From positions 1-64,000 of IMG/VR virus record IMGVR_UViG_3300023179_000040: a stretch of 64,000 bases of DNA; one strand, 5' to 3'. The stretch's first letter is position 1. Every line of letters begins with the position of its first letter. The notes beneath the pieces were generated by a model. The model saw nothing but the letters and a program-made list of their open reading frames with translations. It made no database searches and was not told the origin of the DNA. A program made the position numbers and the translations under genes. Origin of the DNA: a virus. Shown piece by piece: positions 17,300-25,997 of this stretch.

Positions 17300-18307
17300 A
17301 TGTCAGCTAAAACTCAGAAATTTCAACCAACGCCTGAACTCACAGACCTTCTTGTTCGTTCAGGCTCGCCTAACCGTGAAGTTGCTCTAGCAGCCAATGC
17401 AGAATTTGCTAAGGCTTTAGAGCTTCCATTGAGAAAAGGTCTTCTTAGTGGTGATATTCTTGATGGTATCTTTGAGCCAATCAAACTTGCTCAAGGTGCT
17501 ACTCCAGAGTTTCCATTAGATTTCCTTGCTCCTGGAACAGAAAAAGACTTTGTGGCATATACCGTACCAAATCACGGATATATTCCAGAACGTCACGTAG
17601 AGAGCGATTACGTCATGGTGCCAGTATACGACATTGGCTCCAGTATCGACTATCTACTTAAGTATGCCCGCGATGCTCGCTGGGATGTTGTTGGTCGTGC
17701 TATGGAAGTGCTAGAAGGCTCATTCGTCAAGAAGATGAACGATGACGGCTGGCACACACTATTAGCCGCTGGCGTTGATCGTAATATCGTTGTATATGAT
17801 AGCGATGCTGCTAGCAACCAGTTTACCAAGCGTCTAGTAAGTCTCATGAAGACAGTAATGCGCAGAAATGCAGGCGGTAACTCAGCCAGCAATAATCGTG
17901 GTATCCTAACCGATCTTTATGTCTCACCAGAAAGCATGGAAGACATTCGCAATTGGGGTATCGATCAAGTTGATGAGATTACTCGTAGAGAAATCTATAC
18001 AGCTGCTGATGGTACACTCAACAGAGTTTTCGGTGTTAATCTCCACGATGTGGACGAGCTAGGTGTTGGTCAAGAATATCAACTATTCTATACCAATACT
18101 CTCGGTGGTACTATGGGAAGTAAGAGTGAGATTGTTGTTGGTCTTGATCAACGCAAGACTGATAGCTTTATCATGCCGGTTCGTGAAGAAGTTCAGATCT
18201 TCGAAGACGAAACACTACATCGTCAGAAGAGAGCTGGTTTCTACGGCTGGGCCGAACTCGGCTTCGCAGTACTCGATAACCGTAGAGTTCTCCTCGGCGC
18301 TCTCTAA
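17300..18307 (+). CDS. Major capsid protein (HK97-like)
   Basis: 335 aa, strong RBS, biased codon use, followed by a terminator, position after protease and decoration genes. Confidence 0.8.
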   Translation: MSAKTQKFQPTPELTDLLVRSGSPNREVALAANAEFAKALELPLRKGLLSGDILDGIFEPIKLAQGATPEFPLDFLAPGTEKDFVAYTVPNHGYIPERHVESDYVMVPVYDIGSSIDYLLKYARDARWDVVGRAMEVLEGSFVKKMNDDGWHTLLAAGVDRNIVVYDSDAASNQFTKRLVSLMKTVMRRNAGGNSASNNRGILTDLYVSPESMEDIRNWGIDQVDEITRREIYTAADGTLNRVFGVNLHDVDELGVGQEYQLFYTNTLGGTMGSKSEIVVGLDQRKTDSFIMPVREEVQIFEDETLHRQKRAGFYGWAELGFAVLDNRRVLLGAL

Positions 18308-18334
18308 TTCATCAGAGAGTATTAATTTAAAATC

Positions 18335-18373
18335 AGAAGGGTTCAGTAAGAGATTACTGACCCTTCTTTTTTT
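18335..18373 (+). terminator. Intrinsic terminator
   Basis: AGAAGGG-T-TCAGTAA-GAGA-TTACTGA-CCCTTCT followed by a T run. Confidence 0.8.
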
Positions 18374-18471
18374 ATATACAGCCTAGTATAATTGTTAAGA
18401 TATACTCACAAATACAAATCTGCCCATCATGAATAAAAGCCTAATTATCCTAATATCTATATTATCTGATA

Positions 18472-18478
18472 GGTGTAT
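18472..18478 (+). promoter_or_regulatory. Putative late promoter motif
   Basis: GGTGTAT, 50 nt upstream of 18523, restarting transcription after the terminator. Confidence 0.6.
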
Positions 18479-18522
18479 ATTATTATAGTCTAAAATTATT
18501 ATTCTCATTAAAGGGCTAAAAT

Positions 18523-19038
18523 ATGAGTTGGCAAATAGAAATCCCTATTATAGTACGCACATTAATTAATGATTTGGGAGATCAGTCAGTTTATAGTGAT
18601 GAAAGAATTTTACAAGTGATTACAGTAGCAGCAAAATATGTTCAATTCGATGTGGTATTAGACCACTCGTATAGCATCGATGTGAGTAATTTAGGTATTA
18701 GTCCTGATCCAACAGATGATAGAGATGAAATTTTTATTAGTTTAGTTTCTTTGAAAGCGGCTTGTCTGATAGATCAAAGTACATTTAGAACAAAAGCAGC
18801 CATGGAAGGTATACGTGCCGCTTTAGGTTCAGCTAGCCTAAGTGTAGCCGGTCAAAGTGCTGCATGGAATACTATTCTAGAGAAAGGACCGTGCGCACTG
18901 TATGATGAATTAACTAGTCATTGGGATGTTAAAGATGCTAGTGCTGTTCGCGCTGTACTTAGTCCATTCGTCGGTAATAAGTTTGATCCAAGAGCAATAC
19001 AGCTCAATCCGTACAGAAGTAGAGATATATACTCTTAA
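18523..19038 (+). CDS. Head-tail adaptor/connector
   Basis: VRTLINDL...YSDERI pattern typical of gp15/gp6-like adaptors; follows MCP. Confidence 0.55.
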   Translation: MSWQIEIPIIVRTLINDLGDQSVYSDERILQVITVAAKYVQFDVVLDHSYSIDVSNLGISPDPTDDRDEIFISLVSLKAACLIDQSTFRTKAAMEGIRAALGSASLSVAGQSAAWNTILEKGPCALYDELTSHWDVKDASAVRAVLSPFVGNKFDPRAIQLNPYRSRDIYS

Positions 19039-19058
19039 ATTATTAGGAATATTTTATT

Positions 19059-19985
19059 ATGCCAGCAGCAGTATACGATACAGTTATAGAACAAGGATCC
19101 TCTTTTGTAATAAATTTTATATATACAGATAATAATGGATCTCCTATAGATATTACTAATTATTGCGTATTATTACAGTGGTTAACTAATACTAATGATT
19201 TGTATAGTTTTTCTAACAGATATGATGGTACCGATTATAGTTTAGTTGCAAAATCAGACGGCACAATTACATTAACAATACCATCAAAAACTACTAATGA
19301 TTATGTATTTGATAGCGCTGTTTATGATTTAGATATACAAGAACCCAACGAAGAATATCCTGGTAGCGGCCTTAAGACATATAGACTCGCTACCGGAACT
19401 ATTAGGGTCTTAAAAAGAATAACATCCATATTATCCTCAAACTGTGCAGATTTATCTTCTAGATTTGAACTTAAAGATACTTGCGATGTAGAATGTGGTA
19501 AATTAGATATCTATAGCGCTCAATATGACGGTGCTGGTTTTAGTATACCAGATATGTCATCTGCTAGTAGTTCTATTTATGTAGACGATACAAGAGTAGT
19601 AGAAAATATAGAAGTAGCTATTAATGGATTAAGACATAATAGCCCACAAGATTTATCATTTGTATTAACTCCACCGTCTGGAGACAGCATACTACTCTCT
19701 GCCAATTCTAAAATTACTAATTATAGACCAGGATTCAGTTGCATGTTTTCAAATAGAGCCCCCTATGATGCTTATATTAGTACTATAAATAGTGGTGGAT
19801 TATGTAGAATTGTTGATAAAGCTGCCGATGTATTATTTGATGGTGGTCCAATAGTAGGGTCTTTTGATCATTTATATACTAATAATAATATTCCTGGTAG
19901 TTGGTCTCTTACTATCAAAGATAGTGATGTTGGAGTATCCGGCTCTATCGATTCCTGGAAACTAATCATTACATACCAACCATAA
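19059..19985 (+). CDS. Virion protein: N-terminal beta-sandwich plus proprotein convertase P-domain
   Basis: IEQGSSF...AVYDLDI N-domain. C-domain IPD...VENIEVAINGLRH...DLSFVLTPPSG...GSWSLTIKD...GSIDSWKL. Confidence 0.65.
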   Translation: MPAAVYDTVIEQGSSFVINFIYTDNNGSPIDITNYCVLLQWLTNTNDLYSFSNRYDGTDYSLVAKSDGTITLTIPSKTTNDYVFDSAVYDLDIQEPNEEYPGSGLKTYRLATGTIRVLKRITSILSSNCADLSSRFELKDTCDVECGKLDIYSAQYDGAGFSIPDMSSASSSIYVDDTRVVENIEVAINGLRHNSPQDLSFVLTPPSGDSILLSANSKITNYRPGFSCMFSNRAPYDAYISTINSGGLCRIVDKAADVLFDGGPIVGSFDHLYTNNNIPGSWSLTIKDSDVGVSGSIDSWKLIITYQP

Positions 19986-19997
19986 AGGACGATTGGT

Positions 19998-20195
19998 ATG
20001 ATTACAAAAACTATATTTATTGATCAGAGTAAGTTGGCTATGTCCACCGAAAGATTTGCTATAGATATGGTATATACAAATACCAATACAGTTTATATCA
20101 AACATACGATTGATACTTCCAGCAAGATTATGGTACGTAAAGATACTGTTAATTTCCAACAAGAAAATACAACGTTATTCCCGGTAAAATCATGA
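19998..20195 (+). CDS. Hypothetical protein
   Basis: RBS AAAGGA; coupled to the next gene. Confidence 0.55.
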   Translation: MITKTIFIDQSKLAMSTERFAIDMVYTNTNTVYIKHTIDTSSKIMVRKDTVNFQQENTTLFPVKS

Positions 20196-20710
20196 ATATG
20201 TTTAAGAATATTATAACGGCAGAATTTAAACAATTATATAATGATGCTATAGACGCTTTGTTAGATCCATCCAGCGGACTAGTCAATCCATGCATAATCA
20301 GATATGGCAATAACCCATCAGAATCTAGTCTATGTAATAATTGTATTTTTGATTCAATAAGTCACCTATCTTCTAATGTGTATAACAATACTGGACCAAT
20401 GCCATTTGCTGAAGGCGGAGTATGTCCTGTTTGTTTAGGTAAGGGGCTCATTAATTCCGGCATAATTACTAAACAAGAAACTGTTAATATAGCCGTAATT
20501 GTTGATGCTAAATCATTTATAAATGTTGCAGATATTACAAATATCAGATCAAATGTTATACAAACTATTTGTAGTATAAATCTTATGAATAAATTACAAA
20601 ATGCTGTTGATATTGTTGTTCATGGTATTGCTTATCAAAAAATGGCCGCAGCACAACCTTGCGGATTAGCTGAACATAAATATATCAGTATGCTTTGGAA
20701 AGAGATTTAA
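20192..20710 (+). CDS. Neck/head-closure-like protein with CxxC pairs
   Basis: Position in the neck module; CNNC and CPVC motifs. Confidence 0.45.
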   Translation: MNMFKNIITAEFKQLYNDAIDALLDPSSGLVNPCIIRYGNNPSESSLCNNCIFDSISHLSSNVYNNTGPMPFAEGGVCPVCLGKGLINSGIITKQETVNIAVIVDAKSFINVADITNIRSNVIQTICSINLMNKLQNAVDIVVHGIAYQKMAAAQPCGLAEHKYISMLWKEI

Positions 20711-20711
20711 T

Positions 20712-21353
20712 ATGCAATTTTCTTTACAATTACTAGAAAGCAATAGTGATATTCGTCAAAAAATATTGAATGCATTATTAACAGAATGCGAGAGGACTAT
20801 CGATAAGTCTATACCTGATATTAGAGATAAAACTAAATCAGCATTGATTGATGCTTTGAAAACAGAACCAGAGTATAATGCTCTTAAAAGTGGTATTTTA
20901 AAATTAGAATTTGGTATTCCTAATACAGAAATTATTGATGACATTATAAATAAATTAGCTAATACTATTAATATAACTAAAAAAACATTAACTATTAATA
21001 ATAATGGCTTGTCTGGCGGATTAACTATTACTGCTATTTCTAGTGATATTGGTGACTTATTAAGCGATAGTAGTGCTATGGTTGTGGATACAGAGAGAGG
21101 GTATTCTTTACCATGGTTAGATTGGCTTTTATTAAAGGGAAACTCTATTATAGTTAGAAACTATACAGTAAAGTTCGGCCCTAGTCCAGCATCACGTACC
21201 GGGGAAGCCATAATGGTAGAATCCAATAAGAACTGGAGAGTACCAGCAGAATTTGTGGGTACAGAGAAAAATAATTGGACCACCAGAGCGATAGAGAAAA
21301 TAGAAAATCAAATCAATAACATTATAAAAACAGCAATTGAGAAAAATATATGA
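20712..21353 (+). CDS. Neck/tail completion protein
   Basis: Synteny only. Confidence 0.4.
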   Translation: MQFSLQLLESNSDIRQKILNALLTECERTIDKSIPDIRDKTKSALIDALKTEPEYNALKSGILKLEFGIPNTEIIDDIINKLANTINITKKTLTINNNGLSGGLTITAISSDIGDLLSDSSAMVVDTERGYSLPWLDWLLLKGNSIIVRNYTVKFGPSPASRTGEAIMVESNKNWRVPAEFVGTEKNNWTTRAIEKIENQINNIIKTAIEKNI

Positions 21354-22282
21354 CATCGTTTAATCATGTATCAAACATAGGCCAGAGAGATGCTTTTGCT
21401 AGTTTAGAAGATAATCTCAAAAGTTTTTTAGATTGGTCTTTCTTAAATATTGGAGGTTTCGTTAATGTATCTATTCCGGTAAATCCAACGAATCCAGGAT
21501 ATCATCAACTAATTCCACTAAGCGGCGACCCATCTTTGGCATACGGCAAAGAATGGGGAACGCTAAGAAAAGACTGGGTTTATGAAACAGGTATTAATTA
21601 TGAAAATACCTCCCCATCCCCCATTTCTGGCATAATTGTTAATGGAACTTTTTTGCCTGCGCCTACAGGTAGCGGTAATTATGGTTATTATATAGATCAT
21701 ACTAATGGTCGTATTATATTTGATAAAAATATATCAGTATCTAGTAAAGTCTATTTAAATTATAGTTATAGATTATTACAAGTTTATAAATCTAGTGAAA
21801 ACTTTTGGTGGAAAGAAATAGAAGCTAATAATTACAATCCATCAACAGTTTTATTTAAAACCCCAAACTATACAGCCAATTCTATACAATTACCGGCAAT
21901 AGTTATACAAACAGCTTCCAGATCCCAACTAATACCATACGAATTGGGTACAACAGAAAATATCCTAAGACAAGATGTATTATTACATGTTTTTTCAGAA
22001 CTATCATCTCAACGAAATAATTTTATTGATATTTTATTAAAACAAAAAGATAATAGCTTTTATCTATATGATATTAATAAAGTTATCAAAAATCAGTCTC
22101 AGCCTCTTAATTTTAGAGGAGAAGCTAATCCTTCTCGTTTAAATTATGATCAAATTGTCAATGATACTGAATTAATGTTAAAAAAAGCCTTTATTTTTAA
22201 TTCTACTCTATCAGAAATACAATCTTTTACCAATTCTCTCCACCATGGTGTGGTGAGATGGACCATTGAAATTTTCCCTTGA
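21350..22282 (+). CDS. Tail terminator-like protein
   Basis: IQLPAIVI...DVLLHVFSE...QRN pattern; directly upstream of the tail tube gene. Confidence 0.45.
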   Translation: MTSFNHVSNIGQRDAFASLEDNLKSFLDWSFLNIGGFVNVSIPVNPTNPGYHQLIPLSGDPSLAYGKEWGTLRKDWVYETGINYENTSPSPISGIIVNGTFLPAPTGSGNYGYYIDHTNGRIIFDKNISVSSKVYLNYSYRLLQVYKSSENFWWKEIEANNYNPSTVLFKTPNYTANSIQLPAIVIQTASRSQLIPYELGTTENILRQDVLLHVFSELSSQRNNFIDILLKQKDNSFYLYDINKVIKNQSQPLNFRGEANPSRLNYDQIVNDTELMLKKAFIFNSTLSEIQSFTNSLHHGVVRWTIEIFP

Positions 22283-22293
22283 TCAATATAATT

Positions 22294-22300
22294 GGTGTAC
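22294..22300 (+). promoter_or_regulatory. Putative late promoter motif
   Basis: GGTGTAC, about 70 nt upstream of the tail tube gene. Confidence 0.5.
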
Positions 22301-22365
22301 TATAAATTAGACCGAACAAGAACCTTTAACTCTAAATCAAATTTAATCTAATACGGAGTTTAAAC

Positions 22366-23472
22366 ATGCCAGCAGCTAATAACAGAATTTTTTATGCAAG
22401 TCAAGCAGTATCTCTTAAACCACAAAACTCAGACGGTTCACTATATGGTAGTTGGTATCAACCACAAGGTTTGCAAAGTGTTGGTATGACAACCAATTTT
22501 TCTTTACAGCCAGTATTCCAATTAGGTCAATTAGATCTATATGAAAACTTAGAGAACGTACCAGAAGTAGAAGTTACTCTAAATAAGGTGCTTGACGGCA
22601 CTCCCACACTATTCGCTATGTGCATGTGCGGTGCTGGCGGTATAGCTAGTGCTAGCGGTAAAGATCTTGTTGAGTTAGTAAATAATCGTGTTAATTTACA
22701 ATTAGGCATTTGGCCAGATACGGCGGTAGCCGCTACAGGAAATGCCACACAGTATGTAAATTGCTCAGGCATGTATTTGAGTCGTTTTTCTTATACTTTC
22801 CCAACAGACGGTAATGCTACAGAAGAAATCACATTAGTTGGTAATAGTAAAGTATGGAACACTGGATTAAGTCAAGTTTCTGTTAGTGAATTTAATCCAA
22901 GCGGTAACACTAGTGCTGCTGCCCCTGGTATTGTTCGTCGTATGAATATTGATTTCAATAATACTCTGTTACCAACAGGTTATGCTGGCATCCCAATTCC
23001 ATTAGGACGCACTCTTAATCGTCCTTATGTTCAGAGCGTTAGCATTAGTGCTGATTTACGTCGTGAAGCTATTAACGAACTAGGTGCAATGGCTCCTTAT
23101 TTCCGTTATGTGCAGTTCCCACTAGAAGTTCGTTCAGAATTTCAGGTTACAGCTACTGACGGAGATCAAGTAAATGCCGATGATTTTTCAGCAACATCAA
23201 CCTGTGGTAAAAATTATTCTAACGTTGCTGATAAGTCTATTAAACTTGCTGTTTGCGCCGGTACTGGATCAATAACCGGAAGTTTAACTCTTGATCTAGG
23301 CGGTAAGAATAAGCTAACATCTGTTAACTATACTGGTGGCGATACCGGCGGTGGTAATGCTACTGTTACATATAGTTTCCAGACCTATAATAAGTTTACT
23401 ATGACTAGTGCCGGTACATTTAATGAAACTAAATGGATCGACAACGTAGCAGATACAGACAGCTACAGATAG
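22366..23472 (+). CDS. Major tail tube protein
   Basis: GLQSVGMTTNF..QPVFQLGQL and the repeat VQSVSISADL.REAINELG (duplicated tube fold); strong RBS; upstream of chaperones and TMP. Confidence 0.65.
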   Translation: MPAANNRIFYASQAVSLKPQNSDGSLYGSWYQPQGLQSVGMTTNFSLQPVFQLGQLDLYENLENVPEVEVTLNKVLDGTPTLFAMCMCGAGGIASASGKDLVELVNNRVNLQLGIWPDTAVAATGNATQYVNCSGMYLSRFSYTFPTDGNATEEITLVGNSKVWNTGLSQVSVSEFNPSGNTSAAAPGIVRRMNIDFNNTLLPTGYAGIPIPLGRTLNRPYVQSVSISADLRREAINELGAMAPYFRYVQFPLEVRSEFQVTATDGDQVNADDFSATSTCGKNYSNVADKSIKLAVCAGTGSITGSLTLDLGGKNKLTSVNYTGGDTGGGNATVTYSFQTYNKFTMTSAGTFNETKWIDNVADTDSYR

Positions 23473-23529
23473 TCTAGTATTGGTATTGTAACGTAAATTA
23501 GGAATTAAGTTTAGGATTAAGGAAAAATA

Positions 23530-23673
23530 ATGGAAGACGTATTTACTATAATAGGTAAACTATATATAGACTCTTATAATTCACAAAAAATTATAGAGCT
23601 ATTACAGCAACAGCTAAAGGATAAAGACAAGACAATAGAGGAATTACAAAACTCAAAGGTTCAGGATGGATGA
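23530..23673 (+). CDS. 47-aa coiled-coil protein
   Basis: AAGGA RBS; MEDVFTIIGKLYIDSYNSQKIIELLQQQLKDKDKTIEELQNSKVQDG*. Confidence 0.55.
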   Translation: MEDVFTIIGKLYIDSYNSQKIIELLQQQLKDKDKTIEELQNSKVQDG

Positions 23674-24712
23674 TGTTGATATTGAAACACTATTACATAG
23701 GATACTTAGCGGATATCTTATATTTTACTATAAAAATGAGAGGTATGAACTGAGAAAGATTTCATATAGTATAAGATATAAAGCTGATCTTTTATATAAT
23801 AAAATTGTTTCTGATGAAAAATATAGCGATTGGATTAGACAGGATCAGGTGGATAATATCTTGATCAATATAGGACTATGGCATAAAGATACTAATAAAA
23901 TGATGGAAAAATTAGAAAAAAGCATAGAAAATCTTAAAGTAGAGTTATTCGAAAATTTTTTGAATACTAATAACCAAAAAAGAATTAGATCTACCTTAAA
24001 TAGAACAAGAGAAAGCTTAGACAAGATAAAAAGCATAAAAACAGAATTTAATGCTAATACTCTAGAAGGATATGCGTCATCTATCAAGCACGAGTTTATA
24101 ATCTGTAATAGCTTATATCAAAATAACAAAAAAGTTTTTGATTTTGAAAATAAAGACCAGAATGCGGTTTCTTTATCTAAATTTAATGCTTTGGTCACAG
24201 AGATCAATAAGTACAATATCACAATATTAGATTTTAAAAAATTAGCACGAAGCTATCTGTGGAAATCATACTGGAACATTAAAAGCAATCAGATCTTTCC
24301 AGGTTCAGTTATAGAATGGACTGATGATCAACGTAGTTTAGTAAGTTTTAGTCAAATGTATGATAGTATATATGAACATCCAGAATGTCCATCAGAAAAT
24401 ATCATATCAGACGATGATATGTTAGACGGATGGATGATTGTACAAAAGCGCAAGGTAGAAAAAGCTAAAAAACAAGCATCTATTGATAATGTTAATCCTA
24501 GTTTAAAAAATGCTAATGAAGTATTTTTATTTGGAAAAAATAAAGATGAAGCGGAAGAAATTATTGGATTAAATAGCCAAGAATCTCTGGGTAGATTAAA
24601 AGAAAAACTTAATTTTATTAATAATACAGGATCTGCAAACGATTCTATATTGCCAGATAATAAACGTCAAATATTATCAGATATGAACGAAATGATAAAA
24701 AATAGAAAGTAA
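23666..24712 (+). CDS. Tail assembly chaperone-like protein
   Basis: Lies between tube and TMP; YDSIYEHPECP...DDDMLDGW motif. Confidence 0.45.
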   Translation: MDDVDIETLLHRILSGYLIFYYKNERYELRKISYSIRYKADLLYNKIVSDEKYSDWIRQDQVDNILINIGLWHKDTNKMMEKLEKSIENLKVELFENFLNTNNQKRIRSTLNRTRESLDKIKSIKTEFNANTLEGYASSIKHEFIICNSLYQNNKKVFDFENKDQNAVSLSKFNALVTEINKYNITILDFKKLARSYLWKSYWNIKSNQIFPGSVIEWTDDQRSLVSFSQMYDSIYEHPECPSENIISDDDMLDGWMIVQKRKVEKAKKQASIDNVNPSLKNANEVFLFGKNKDEAEEIIGLNSQESLGRLKEKLNFINNTGSANDSILPDNKRQILSDMNEMIKNRK

Positions 24713-24715
24713 TTT

Positions 24716-25021
24716 ATGGACTATAAACAAGAACTTATATATAATTTAGAGAAGCGTTTTCAAACTACTATGATAGGAGCTTTAGCTAAATTCGAAGAAA
24801 ATTTTGCATATCTTTGGGACGATAATAATCCTAATTGCGATAAAAATGAAGATATTTGGGAAAATACACGAAACGATATTTTGAATAATGGAAATAGACA
24901 GATGAGACTCGCGCTTAAAGAATTATCAGAATTTTTATATGCTAATTCGCCAAAAATAAACCAGAAATATCATTACAAATTTTATTTCAAAAACCCTAAC
25001 CAAAACGACGGAGATAGATAA
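24716..25021 (+). CDS. Hypothetical protein
   Basis: 101-aa ORF in the late operon. Confidence 0.6.
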   Translation: MDYKQELIYNLEKRFQTTMIGALAKFEENFAYLWDDNNPNCDKNEDIWENTRNDILNNGNRQMRLALKELSEFLYANSPKINQKYHYKFYFKNPNQNDGDR

Positions 25022-25893
25022 TGAAAACTAAAACTTTCAAGGTAGTACTAGACGGAACCGAAAAGGAAATGCTTGTGCGCAGTCCATCTTTGCAAGATCA
25101 AAGAGAAGCTCAAAAGGTTTATAATCAAGCTTTTACAGATGCTATTAAAAGCAAAAGTGTTGTTAGGGCAAAATTAGATGACTTATTGCAAGATCAAGGA
25201 CTATGGAATGATGAAAAACAGGCCAAGTTCAGCGCCCTGCAAAAAGAACTATTAGACGGAGAAAAAAGACTAGCTAAGGGCGGTTTTAGTTTAAATGAAG
25301 CCAAAGACCTTGCTATTAAAATGAAGGGCGTTAGAGAAGAAATACGAAGCCTTATTAGCGTAAGAACATCACTTGATAATCATAGTGCAGAAGGTCAAGC
25401 TGATAATGCCCGATTCAATTATCTTGTAAGCGTATGCTTGGTGTATAATGATACTAAACAGCCCTATTTTAGTAGTATGGAAGAATATCTAAATAGAGCT
25501 GGCGAAGAGGTTGCTTTATTGGGTGCTCAAAATTTGGCTAATATGCTTTATGGTTTGGATAATGACTATGAAAGTAATTTGCCAGAAAACAAGTTTTTAA
25601 AGAAATACCGATTTGTTGATGATAAATTGCGTTTAGTAGATAAGAAGGGCAGATTGATTGATGCTGACGGAAGATTGATAGATGAGAATGGTAGATTCAT
25701 AGATGAGCAAGGTAATTTTGTTGATAAATATGGTAACAGAGTAGATTCAGAAGGTGATTATTTAGTTGAAACACAACCGTTTTTGGATGAAAATGGAAAT
25801 CCAGTAATTTTAGATGAAGAAGTTAAAAATGAAACTACAACAAATACCACAACATCTTCTTCAGTATCAGGCTCAGAGGAAACTCCTAGTTAA
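25021..25893 (+). CDS. Tail assembly chaperone-like protein with 7-aa D-x-x-G-R-x-I repeats
   Basis: Directly upstream of TMP; VDKKGRLIDADGRLIDENGRFIDEQGNFVDKYGNRVDSEG. Confidence 0.5.
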   Translation: MKTKTFKVVLDGTEKEMLVRSPSLQDQREAQKVYNQAFTDAIKSKSVVRAKLDDLLQDQGLWNDEKQAKFSALQKELLDGEKRLAKGGFSLNEAKDLAIKMKGVREEIRSLISVRTSLDNHSAEGQADNARFNYLVSVCLVYNDTKQPYFSSMEEYLNRAGEEVALLGAQNLANMLYGLDNDYESNLPENKFLKKYRFVDDKLRLVDKKGRLIDADGRLIDENGRFIDEQGNFVDKYGNRVDSEGDYLVETQPFLDENGNPVILDEEVKNETTTNTTTSSSVSGSEETPS

Positions 25894-25929
25894 TATTGAT
25901 ACAAACCTATTTAATATAGTTAACATAAG

Positions 25930-25970
25930 GTCCCCATTTAGATATGCTCTAAGTGGGGATTTTATTTTTT
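25930..25970 (+). terminator. Intrinsic terminator/attenuator upstream of TMP
   Basis: GTCCCCATTTAGA-TATGC-TCTAAGTGGGGAT followed by a T-rich run. Confidence 0.7.
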
Positions 25971-25997
25971 AATAACCTTTTAGGATTATAGGAAATT

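Noticed and set aside
18523-25893. Contractile tail sheath gene
   Set aside because: No ORF of suitable size or motif lies before the tube gene. A sheath elsewhere in the genome is not excluded.
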